DNA of 64,000 nucleotides. It comes from a virus. A program made the position numbers and the translations under genes. The stretch lies in IMG/VR virus record IMGVR_UViG_3300047284_000228, positions 32,001 to 96,000 of that record. One strand, written 5' to 3'. Of this stretch, positions 35,474 through 43,279 are shown piece by piece. The notes beneath the pieces are model-generated. The model made no database searches, was not told the origin of the DNA, and saw only the letters and a program-made list of their open reading frames with translations. Every line of letters begins with the position of its first letter. The first letter of the stretch is position 1.

Positions 35474-36993
35474 TTGATGTCCTCTGCGGCCTGCGGTAAC
35501 AGTCTTTCTCTGTCTGCGGCGATTTCTGCTGATTGTTTCATACCTTTGGCGCCACCTAATAGGTATTTTAACAATCTTGCCTTGCGGTCCACAGGTAATT
35601 TTGCTACCAGTTGTTTTACTGTTTCTAGATCTGCTAGAGCCTTGCCTGAGCCGGGTGCTGGTAGTTTCATTGAAGCATAGACACTCTTGATCATTTCAGT
35701 GTCAATGTTTTGTTTGGCAAGAAAATCTGCTAGCTGATCCGAATCTGTAGGACTGCCTGCTTTCTGCCAAGCAGAATTTAGTTTGTCTGCTGTGATTTTT
35801 GTGGTTAGATTTCCTGCTTTCTTAGAAACCCAGTTAGCTGCACCTTTAACCATGTCCATGGGACCTTCGTTGAGCTGTTCTGCAGCAATCCTATTGAATA
35901 CCAAATATACTTGCCCTTCACTGAGAGGTCTAGATTGTAGGTAAACACTCTCTTTCTTTTCTTTGCCGCCAGCGACACCAGCAGCAGCCACAGCACCCTG
36001 AGACACTGCCTGTAGTCCTTCTTTGGCTGCTTTGATAAAATTAAGCAGCGAATCATTTTTAATAAGTTCTTGTCTACTGATTTCTAGGGCACTTGCGATT
36101 TCTTGTTTATATTCTGCGCTGTTGATGATCTTGGCTACATTTTCTAACTGCTCAAAACCTTCGTTGGCAGCGTCACCGCCCATCCTTAATAGGGTTTCTG
36201 CTGATCTCACAGCACTGGCCATTTCAGGATCTACGATAATATCGATGCCCTGTATTTCTCGTGTCCACTCCATGCCTGGAGCAGTGATTGTTTTAGTAGC
36301 ACCAAACGATACCTGTTCAAATCCTGCATTCTCAGGACCAAATGGAAGAGATTTAATCCTAATACCTTCAGCGAATTCGCCCAGCATTTCAAATGCCTTG
36401 CCGGATAGATAACCAAATACTGCGGTCTTAACACCTTTACCAATGGCTGTGGAAAGTTTTTCGCCCTTGAGCAGTTCTACAGAACCTCTCAGTACTTGAC
36501 CAGCGATAGCGCCACCGACAGGTCCACCTGCCAACGAAGCGATGGCTGTTAATACACCGACAATGGCCGCAGTTTTTCCGGGATTGGCCTTGGCCCATTC
36601 TCCCATACCTGCGACTTTCTGTGATAGATCAGGAAACTTCTTGCTGATAGTGGCCTTGAGATCTTCAAACTTTTGATCAAAAGCCTTAACTGGTGTGGTG
36701 TCCTGTAACCACTTACCGATGTTATTGATGATCGCATCTGCTTTCTTGGCAACATCAACTCCTTTGCCTAATAGAGTCCTGTTTCCTCCAGCATCAGTGG
36801 CTGCTTTTTCCACACCACCAAATATGCCCTGTATCTGTTGAGGTGTTAGACTAGCTTCGATTAAAGGCTGTAGTTCTTTAACAATCCCCTCGACAATCTT
36901 ACGTTGTTGTTGATCAAGACCTTGACAAGACTCCACTAGTACTCTACGAGACTCCGTCAGATGATTTTCAACAAGGATATTATTAATTTTCAT
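35470..36993 (-). CDS. putative internal head / ejection protein
   Basis: 507 aa. MKINNILVENHLTES start, several LxE sites, hydrophobic AAIVGVLTAIASLAGGPVGGAIAG segment. Late promoter at 37014-37023. Confidence 0.6.
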   Translation of the reverse strand: MKINNILVENHLTESRRVLVESCQGLDQQQRKIVEGIVKELQPLIEASLTPQQIQGIFGGVEKAATDAGGNRTLLGKGVDVAKKADAIINNIGKWLQDTTPVKAFDQKFEDLKATISKKFPDLSQKVAGMGEWAKANPGKTAAIVGVLTAIASLAGGPVGGAIAGQVLRGSVELLKGEKLSTAIGKGVKTAVFGYLSGKAFEMLGEFAEGIRIKSLPFGPENAGFEQVSFGATKTITAPGMEWTREIQGIDIIVDPEMASAVRSAETLLRMGGDAANEGFEQLENVAKIINSAEYKQEIASALEISRQELIKNDSLLNFIKAAKEGLQAVSQGAVAAAGVAGGKEKKESVYLQSRPLSEGQVYLVFNRIAAEQLNEGPMDMVKGAANWVSKKAGNLTTKITADKLNSAWQKAGSPTDSDQLADFLAKQNIDTEMIKSVYASMKLPAPGSGKALADLETVKQLVAKLPVDRKARLLKYLLGGAKGMKQSAEIAADRERLLPQAAEDIK

Positions 36994-37013
36994 GGTTTGA
37001 ATCCAATATTGTT

Positions 37014-37023
37014 TATTTATTTA
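37014..37023 (-). promoter_or_regulatory. T4-type late promoter (tandem TAAATAAATA)
   Basis: About 20 nt upstream of the ATG at 36993. Confidence 0.65.
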
Positions 37024-37108
37024 AGAAACGAGCTTGCGCTCGTTTTGCGTTTTCGCTTACGCTCAACGCAATTTTTTCTTTCTTAGGATTTTTTCCGCGA
37101 AGCGGAAA
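37023..37108. other. cluster of three GC mini-hairpins (terminator-like or ssDNA origin-like)
   Basis: Minus strand AACGAGC-GCAA-GCTCGTT and TTGCGTT-GAGC-GTAA-GCGA-AAACGCAA; plus strand TTTCCGC-GAA-GCGGAAA (37092-37108). Confidence 0.6.
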
Positions 37109-37110
37109 GT

Positions 37111-37474
37111 TTAGCATTATCCAGATTTTAATGGTCACACTTAGCCCAGCTAAGGGCCAAGAGTACATTATCCGAGTTCGGCAAGTCACACAGCGTTATG
37201 GCATTACAGAGGCGGTTGTCCGGTACCTCGAGCCACGTCTTTACACAACGGCGGCCTACAACAATACGCTATCACTGCTGTAGACGTGCAGGTTTTCCCT
37301 GCTCTTTTTGCCTTTTTATCCTATTCAAACAACCAAATCGCAGGGCTTACAAGCGATCTTCATCCCGAAGGGTAGTGGTTGAGCACCTTAGCGGCAAGGT
37401 TTTCCGTCCCTGTGACCACGATTGACCAGGTATAGAGCGCACGAATTTGGGCCTGCGCTAGCCAAAAACCGCTG
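37111..37474 (-). ncRNA. candidate large structured ncRNA of unknown class
   Basis: Eight or more stems, a three-way junction with a UUCG hairpin, and two loop-pairing pseudoknots. G-U wobbles favour the minus strand. No credible ORF; starts immediately after the GIY-YIG stop codon. Confidence 0.7.
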
Positions 37475-37909
37475 TTATTTTGCCTTTTTATGTTCTTCGA
37501 GGCGCTGTCTAAGTATGTTTGATCCGCCGACTCTGACGTTTATAATGCCATTATAATAGTCATCTGTTTCTAAAACTCTGCGTTCAAACTGCTCTCTAGC
37601 CTCTAGATATGACATTTCTGCCTTGGATTTGCAAAGGTAAAGTATTTCTCTTGTGAAGTTTTCCGGACCTAATGCTTGGACGTCTGCTTGTAGCCTATCA
37701 GAAGAACCCCAGTAATCGCGCCAATCGCTTTCAACTACTGATCTTCTTTTAAGTTTTTTGCCTTTGAGAGGTGGTTTTGTGCGCTTAAACTGTGCTAGTT
37801 TTTTGCCTATGTATTTCTGTCCGGTGGTGAGATTTGTAATAAGATAAACAAAGCCAATATAGCCTTCGGGTATTTCTTCTACGGGTTGATTTTGATATGT
37901 CCACAGCAC
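37475..37909 (-). CDS. stand-alone GIY-YIG endonuclease
   Basis: 144 aa. GFVYLITN...KYIGKK (GIY/YIG), YWGSS, FTREIL, conserved Glu (YLEAREQ) and YYN. GTG start abuts the upstream stop. Confidence 0.85.
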   Translation of the reverse strand: MLWTYQNQPVEEIPEGYIGFVYLITNLTTGQKYIGKKLAQFKRTKPPLKGKKLKRRSVVESDWRDYWGSSDRLQADVQALGPENFTREILYLCKSKAEMSYLEAREQFERRVLETDDYYNGIINVRVGGSNILRQRLEEHKKAK

Positions 37910-38140
37910 TCATTTAGTTACCTTGGGGGGTCTGCCTAGCATGCCTTTTCTGGATTTCTTACGTTGCTTTCTTTTTTCTTGTATTTCTACTCGCCTTTTT
38001 GATGCCTCGTTACGTATTTCTGATAGCCAATACCTAGCTTTGATGCCTGCCTCATCTGAATTTCTGTACTCAAAACGATCTTGCCATTTAAAATACTGCT
38101 GAAATGCTTCGATCATTTTATCATGACTTTCAGTGGTCAA
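37910..38140 (-). CDS. small basic putative DNA-binding protein (Hc1/histone-H1-like hairpin)
   Basis: 76 aa. Two helices (AGIKARYWLSEI...KRRVEIQEKRK) and a very basic tail ending GRPPK. Confidence 0.5.
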   Translation of the reverse strand: MTTESHDKMIEAFQQYFKWQDRFEYRNSDEAGIKARYWLSEIRNEASKRRVEIQEKRKQRKKSRKGMLGRPPKVTK

Positions 38141-39915
38141 TCTAATATCTCCACATCGTTACTGTAACTGGTAAATCCGTTTTCTTTGATGACCTTTAAT
38201 ACATGATTTACTCGATTTGTCAGGTCGTCTCGATGGCTGATCAAGAAAACATTCTTATCACGTTCTCTAGTCATCCTCTTGAGTACAGCGATACTTGATT
38301 CGACACCACTGGCGTCCATGCCCGAGTCTACTAGTTCGTCGATAAACAGTAGATTGATGCTGGTATATAAATTTTCCCATACATCTCTAAATGCCCAGCT
38401 TAGACTTAGGATTAATCTATTACGTTCACCTCGACTCAGATTATCGAAATCTAGGTCTTGTCCTAGTTGTGTAATGGTCACAGTTAGATCATTCTGGAAT
38501 TCTACGATATGGGGTAGTCCGATCTTGTCTAGATAATAGGTTAGACGCTGATTTAAAAATGCTAGATTCTGGTCAATGATGCGCTTACGGACAAAACTAT
38601 CTTTGTTGGTCAACAATTTATGCAGGAATTCTTGATGATCTTTAACTCTAGTCAATTCGTTGACAGAATTCCAGTCGATTTCTTGTACGGCAGTTTTGCG
38701 TAGCTCGTCGATCTGTTCACCGTAGGGATTAGATTCTGCTTCTTTGATACTAAGGTCTCTTTCTAGACTTTCTAGAGTGTTCTTATGATTCAGTGCTTCC
38801 TCTAGGCTGTTATAAATCACAGTAGGACATGCACCGAGATCTCCCAGCAGTCCGAGAGCTTCGTTGAGTGTAGCTAGTTCTGTTTCATATTCTTTGATCA
38901 AAGCTAGACTATCTTCGACTTGTTTGGATTTAGCAGTGACCATATCTTCATGTTTATGATCGTGTATGTCCTGACCGCAGGCATGGCACTTATGTTCAGC
39001 TAATAAGACCAGTTCTTTTTCTAGCTTTTCTAGCATACGCTGTTCTTTGTCCAATGTCGATGTCTGTTTAGCGATCAATGCAGTAAGACTGTCTTTCTCT
39101 TTTTTGTTTTTTGACCAATCCGAGAGATTTTTTTGATCTAGTATTTCTTGATCGATGTCTATGTTACTGAGACGGTCTATGCTTTTTCTTAGATTTTCAA
39201 GACTTGACTCTTTTTGATCTTCCCAGATCTTCTGCTTTCTCTCTAGAGCTTCGATGCTTTGTTGTATACGATCGTTGGATGCCTTTACAGTTTCAATCCT
39301 TGTGTTTTCGGTTGAGATAGCATCTTTGGTATGTTTGATCTGTTCTTTGAGGTTTTCTGCTTTTTCACTGAGCTGTGTGATTCCTAATAGCTGCTCAATG
39401 ATAGATCTTTGATCCGCAGCCTTCATACTAAGGAACGGTTCGGTATAAGTGTTGAGAGCAACTAAATGTTTGAACATCTCGTGGCTCATAGAAAACACTT
39501 CTTCGATGGACTTCTGTGTTTCTCTGCTGTCTCCCTGCGACTCGTCTAGGTCTTTAAGTTCCTGTTCTTCTCCGTTGATACTAAATTTTAAAAGATTAGG
39601 TTTGCGTCCACGTTCGATGTGATACTCAACTCCGTCTTTTTCAAAGGTCACAGTGACCAACATACCTTTGCTGTTGATCTTATTGATAAGATTATCGCGC
39701 TTGATGTTGGTTAGGGCTTGACCGTAGATAGCATAGCTCAGTCCGTTGATGATTGTAGTTTTGCCTGTTCCGTTGCGGGCGCCAGAGTCATCACCTCCTA
39801 GATCTAAATTTTCACCTAGGACCAAGGTCAACTGCCCACGGTCAAAGTCGATAGCCTGGGTTTGATTACCCACGCTCATGAAATTTCTTACAGTTAGATT
39901 CTTTATCTTGATCAT
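38137..39915 (-). CDS. gp46: recombination endonuclease ATPase subunit (gp46 / SbcC / Rad50)
   Basis: 592 aa. Walker A NGTGKT, coiled coil with CHAC zinc hook, signature LSRGE, Walker B LLFIDE, ISH switch. Confidence 0.95.
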   Translation of the reverse strand: MIKIKNLTVRNFMSVGNQTQAIDFDRGQLTLVLGENLDLGGDDSGARNGTGKTTIINGLSYAIYGQALTNIKRDNLINKINSKGMLVTVTFEKDGVEYHIERGRKPNLLKFSINGEEQELKDLDESQGDSRETQKSIEEVFSMSHEMFKHLVALNTYTEPFLSMKAADQRSIIEQLLGITQLSEKAENLKEQIKHTKDAISTENTRIETVKASNDRIQQSIEALERKQKIWEDQKESSLENLRKSIDRLSNIDIDQEILDQKNLSDWSKNKKEKDSLTALIAKQTSTLDKEQRMLEKLEKELVLLAEHKCHACGQDIHDHKHEDMVTAKSKQVEDSLALIKEYETELATLNEALGLLGDLGACPTVIYNSLEEALNHKNTLESLERDLSIKEAESNPYGEQIDELRKTAVQEIDWNSVNELTRVKDHQEFLHKLLTNKDSFVRKRIIDQNLAFLNQRLTYYLDKIGLPHIVEFQNDLTVTITQLGQDLDFDNLSRGERNRLILSLSWAFRDVWENLYTSINLLFIDELVDSGMDASGVESSIAVLKRMTRERDKNVFLISHRDDLTNRVNHVLKVIKENGFTSYSNDVEILD

Positions 39916-40922
39916 AATTCTTTGTAAATGTCTACTAATAGACCCTTGTCATAGGTATCGCTTTCGATAGCATTGATCTGATTCAGAACGATCGTGTCTA
40001 CTGATTCAAATTGAATATCTATCGCTACCTGTGAAGTTTCAATTTCTACTTTTTCTGGAATCAACATCAATTCTCGCAGATTATACTGCGGAATAAACTG
40101 CTCTTTGATGAAATTTGCTTCTTCGAAAGTGATAGGCAGATCTATGGTCACCCGACAGTGCATTTTTTCTTTGAGTAACTCGTCTGGGCGATCGATGATC
40201 TGGCTTAACTTGTATATTCTATAAACAGGCTGACCGGGCCAAGTTCGATACTCTGGCACACCACCCCATTCTAAGATCATCATGCCACGCTCGTCGTCAC
40301 CTGCGTCTGCATAATTGTGCGGAAATGCATTGCCTATATAGACGATATTAGCAGCCTGTTGTCGTTTGTGAAAGTGCCCTGTAAACACATAGTCTTGATT
40401 GACAAAGTGAGAACGTTGAATAGTACCGTGATCGGGCATCTGTACCATGGCATTCATGTAAAAGCTAGGTAATTCTAGATGTCCAAAGATATATCGACTT
40501 TTAATGTTAGGAATATCTTTCCATTCGTCGGCTACTAGCCAGGGCATGATAGTGACATTGCCCTGAGTAAGTGTATCTTTGATGGGAACGATGTTAGGAA
40601 ACAGCCGCATAAACTCGATAGAGTTAATTTCACGTTTGTCCTTATAGAACAAGTCGTGGTTTCCTAGAATAAAATACACTTTCTCAAAATTTTGACTTAG
40701 TCTTTCTAAGTTTGACACAGTATAGTTCATAGTACTCACGTCAGTGGTACTGCGATTGTGATGCCAATCACCTAAGAAGATACAGGTTTCTGCGCCTTCT
40801 GCTCGAGCAGTTTCGCAAAACCATTTTACAAACTCTTCACAATCGATATTGTGAGTACGACTACCTGATTTCAACCCAAAGTGTATGTCAGTAAAACAGG
40901 CTACTTTTTTGAAAAGATTCAT
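39912..40922 (-). CDS. gp47: recombination endonuclease nuclease subunit (gp47 / SbcD / Mre11)
   Basis: 336 aa. DIHFG, GDWHH, GNHD, GH and GHFH metallophosphoesterase motifs; translationally coupled to gp46. Confidence 0.95.
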   Translation of the reverse strand: MNLFKKVACFTDIHFGLKSGSRTHNIDCEEFVKWFCETARAEGAETCIFLGDWHHNRSTTDVSTMNYTVSNLERLSQNFEKVYFILGNHDLFYKDKREINSIEFMRLFPNIVPIKDTLTQGNVTIMPWLVADEWKDIPNIKSRYIFGHLELPSFYMNAMVQMPDHGTIQRSHFVNQDYVFTGHFHKRQQAANIVYIGNAFPHNYADAGDDERGMMILEWGGVPEYRTWPGQPVYRIYKLSQIIDRPDELLKEKMHCRVTIDLPITFEEANFIKEQFIPQYNLRELMLIPEKVEIETSQVAIDIQFESVDTIVLNQINAIESDTYDKGLLVDIYKEL

Positions 40923-40927
40923 AATAT

Positions 40928-40936
40928 ATTATAACA
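40928..40936 (-). promoter_or_regulatory. extended -10 sigma70-type promoter (TGtTATAAT)
   Basis: Minus strand TGTTATAAT-ATATT-ATG directly before gp47. Confidence 0.5.
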
Positions 40937-40952
40937 CTATTAATTGACTATA

Positions 40953-41810
40953 TCAATCCCAATCACTACCATCTACAGGAGCGGTATTCACAGCACCTGC
41001 TCCACTGCCCGAGTTTTGTCTGGTCCAACTTGGGTTCATACCATTCATTTCAAGAATGTCGTCTCGAATGTTTTGGTTGCGTTTTTCGATGTTGATAATT
41101 CGCACGAATGAATTAGTAACAGCAGCGGTATAATAAGCAAAAGGATTATCGGATTTAGATTCATCGAACTGTAAGCCTATCTGAGTTAACTGTAGAATAG
41201 CCTGTCCACGCATTTCGTCGTTGTAGGTGTAGCCTCGAACGTTGCCTCTAGTAGCATATCGTTCGCAGAGTTTTAGGAACATACGAGCTAGATTGTTGGT
41301 CATCTGACCGTGTTCTTTGTTAAACGATCCTGTGTTTAGATCTCCCTTCCAGTGGCTCTTACCTACACAGATTAGGTTATCGTTATCATCAAACTTCCAG
41401 TGTTGGAAAGGAGGAAAGTTTACTTTATCGTGGCTGTCTGCGGTATTCTTAAGAGTTTTCTTACGACCAGGAGCCAGCGGAATATGTTCGAATGTCATGA
41501 TTCTAAACACTAGATCGTGTTTGGAAATTTTCTTATAGTCTATTTCGTGTTCCTTGGCTGATGATTTTTTGCCGGTTTTTTGAGCCGCTTCGTGTGCCTG
41601 CTTACTAAGTTTAGCTGCTTTATTTCTTTTAGCTTCGGCTATGGTTCTAATATTGATCTTGGCTAGATTAGGAAGAATAATATCGTAATCAGCGTAGATC
41701 GGATCCGTAAAGGTACAGAAGGTATTTTTGCTTAGATGTATTTCTCTTAGTAAATCTTTGTTAGTTAGGTATTTTATTTTTTGTTCTGTCATATACTCAG
41801 TATTCTCCAA
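40953..41810 (-). CDS. gp55: late-transcription sigma factor (gp55-like); ATG at 41792 is an alternative start
   Basis: KYLTNKDLL.EI start and RGYTYNDEM...FDESKSDNPFAYYT..V.NSFVRIINIEK match gp55 motifs. Order gp55-gp47-gp46 as in T4-like phages. Confidence 0.85.
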   Translation of the reverse strand: MENTEYMTEQKIKYLTNKDLLREIHLSKNTFCTFTDPIYADYDIILPNLAKINIRTIAEAKRNKAAKLSKQAHEAAQKTGKKSSAKEHEIDYKKISKHDLVFRIMTFEHIPLAPGRKKTLKNTADSHDKVNFPPFQHWKFDDNDNLICVGKSHWKGDLNTGSFNKEHGQMTNNLARMFLKLCERYATRGNVRGYTYNDEMRGQAILQLTQIGLQFDESKSDNPFAYYTAAVTNSFVRIINIEKRNQNIRDDILEMNGMNPSWTRQNSGSGAGAVNTAPVDGSDWD

Positions 41811-41840
41811 TAGTTAATATAGTAGCACATTTTGTCAAGA

Positions 41841-41847
41841 ATAAATA
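41841..41847 (+). promoter_or_regulatory. T4-type late promoter (ATAAATA) for baseplate operon
   Basis: About 27 nt upstream of the ATG at 41874. Confidence 0.65.
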
Positions 41848-41873
41848 GTGTAAACTAGGAAAATTTTGTCAAA

Positions 41874-42977
41874 ATGGCGTTATCAATCAATCCTCTGGCT
41901 AAATTAGTCAACAGCGTTTCGTCGCAAGTAGGAGCAGCAGCACAGTCTGCGCAGTCATCTCTGGCAGCAGCAGATACTTCGGCTCTTAAAGCCAACGTAG
42001 ATGCCACTGTGGGAAGACTCTCGGGCGAAATCGGCAGCGGACTCAACGGAGCCACCGCAGCCGCTAATACTATGATGGGCAATGCTGCATCAGCATTAAA
42101 GGGCGTAGGAAGTCCAATACAGAGCCTAGCATCAAACGCCACAGGGGGAAGTAGTGCTTTGGGATCACTAGGCGGGGTTGCCGGAGCGGTCAGCAATGCT
42201 GGAGCTGCTATAGGTGCTAGTTTGAACAAATTAGGTTTGGCCAGTGGTGGTTTAGGTGGCGGCCTAGCTCAACTTGCCACAGGCATATCTTCTGCGGCTG
42301 GAATGATAAACAATCTTTTAAGTATGGCTAGAGGAAAAAACCTACCTAGTGGTGCAGAATTATTTAATCAGCAAGGTGCGTTTGTCGAAGTAAAACCGGG
42401 CACAGCCGATGACTGGAGAGTAAAACTCAATTGTAATTTTGGTTTGTTCGGCACAGCCTTTTCAAGACTGTCGGCGACCAACGGTTTTGTTTGGCCTTAT
42501 CTCCCTACCATCACCGTTGCCAGTAAAGCCAATTATACCCAGATAGATCCTATACATAATCTACAACCTTTCTATGCATATAAGAACAGTCAGATAGATG
42601 ACATACAGATCAGCGGAGAGTTTTCAGTTGAAACAGAGCTAGATGCTCAGTACTGGATACAGGGCACCACCTTTTTAAGAACAGCTACCAAGATGTTTTT
42701 TGGTCAAGGACCTAATGTAGGAAATCCTCCGATCATTTGTAATCTCACGGGCTATGGCGCTAGAGTCTTTAATTCAGTTCCGGTTATCATAAAAAGTTTT
42801 AGCGTAGATTTCAAAGATGATGTGAATTATATCAAATGTTCTCTAGACGGTGCTAACACCTGGGTGCCGATCATGAGCACGATCTCTGTTACTGTTGCGC
42901 CTATCTATAACAGAACAAAGTTGCGTAGATTCTCTCTGAATGATTATGCTGCTGGAAAAACCGTAGGATATCTATAA
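41874..42977 (+). CDS. baseplate/tail-tube initiator-like protein (gp48/gp54-like)
   Basis: 367 aa. Ala/Gly/Ser-rich N-terminus, then DWRVKL...WPYLPTI...Y.NS..D.IQISGEF...PPII.NL.GYG..VF..VPVII..F, a tube-fold domain. First gene of the baseplate operon. Confidence 0.65.
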   Translation: MALSINPLAKLVNSVSSQVGAAAQSAQSSLAAADTSALKANVDATVGRLSGEIGSGLNGATAAANTMMGNAASALKGVGSPIQSLASNATGGSSALGSLGGVAGAVSNAGAAIGASLNKLGLASGGLGGGLAQLATGISSAAGMINNLLSMARGKNLPSGAELFNQQGAFVEVKPGTADDWRVKLNCNFGLFGTAFSRLSATNGFVWPYLPTITVASKANYTQIDPIHNLQPFYAYKNSQIDDIQISGEFSVETELDAQYWIQGTTFLRTATKMFFGQGPNVGNPPIICNLTGYGARVFNSVPVIIKSFSVDFKDDVNYIKCSLDGANTWVPIMSTISVTVAPIYNRTKLRRFSLNDYAAGKTVGYL

Positions 42978-42978
42978 T

Positions 42979-43278
42979 ATGGCAGTCTACAAAAAAACAT
43001 CACCGTATTTTACAACCAAGCAAAATAATCTTTATCTAGAACTATTGGCTATACGACCAGTACCGGCCGAGGCAGACGATTTTCAATACGTTATAGAGGG
43101 ACAGTATAAACATAGACCAGATCTTTTAGCCTATGACTTATACGGTAATTCTAATCTGTGGTGGGTATTTGTTCAAAGGAACATGGAAGTTCTTAGAGAT
43201 CCCATATATGATTTTGAACCCGGGGTTACTATATATTGTCCTAAAAAATCAAACTTAGAAAAGTTTATCGGAGTCTAA
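42979..43278 (+). CDS. baseplate wedge protein (gp53-like, LysM-like)
   Basis: 99 aa, HRPDLLAYDLYGNSNLWWVF..RN...DPI.DF.PG. Confidence 0.8.
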   Translation: MAVYKKTSPYFTTKQNNLYLELLAIRPVPAEADDFQYVIEGQYKHRPDLLAYDLYGNSNLWWVFVQRNMEVLRDPIYDFEPGVTIYCPKKSNLEKFIGV

Positions 43279-43279
43279 C

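Noticed and set aside
37115-37191. CRISPR array
   Set aside because: Only two units with variable interiors, and no cas genes in the window.
37198-37425. 75-aa plus-strand ORF in the structured gap
   Set aside because: No RBS or promoter, antisense to both neighbours and no protein-like features; the sequence is better explained by RNA structure.
37021-37474. tmRNA, RNase P RNA or tRNA identity for the structured region
   Set aside because: No tRNA-like ends (T-loop TTCGA plus CCA), no GAGGAAAGTCC RNase P core and no cloverleaf.
37111-37909. Group I intron carrying a GIY-YIG homing endonuclease
   Set aside because: CTCAACCACTA resembles the R element, but there is no matching S element (AAGATATAGTC) to form P7. 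There is no room for a 5' intron part upstream of the ORF, and no interrupted gene flanks the region.
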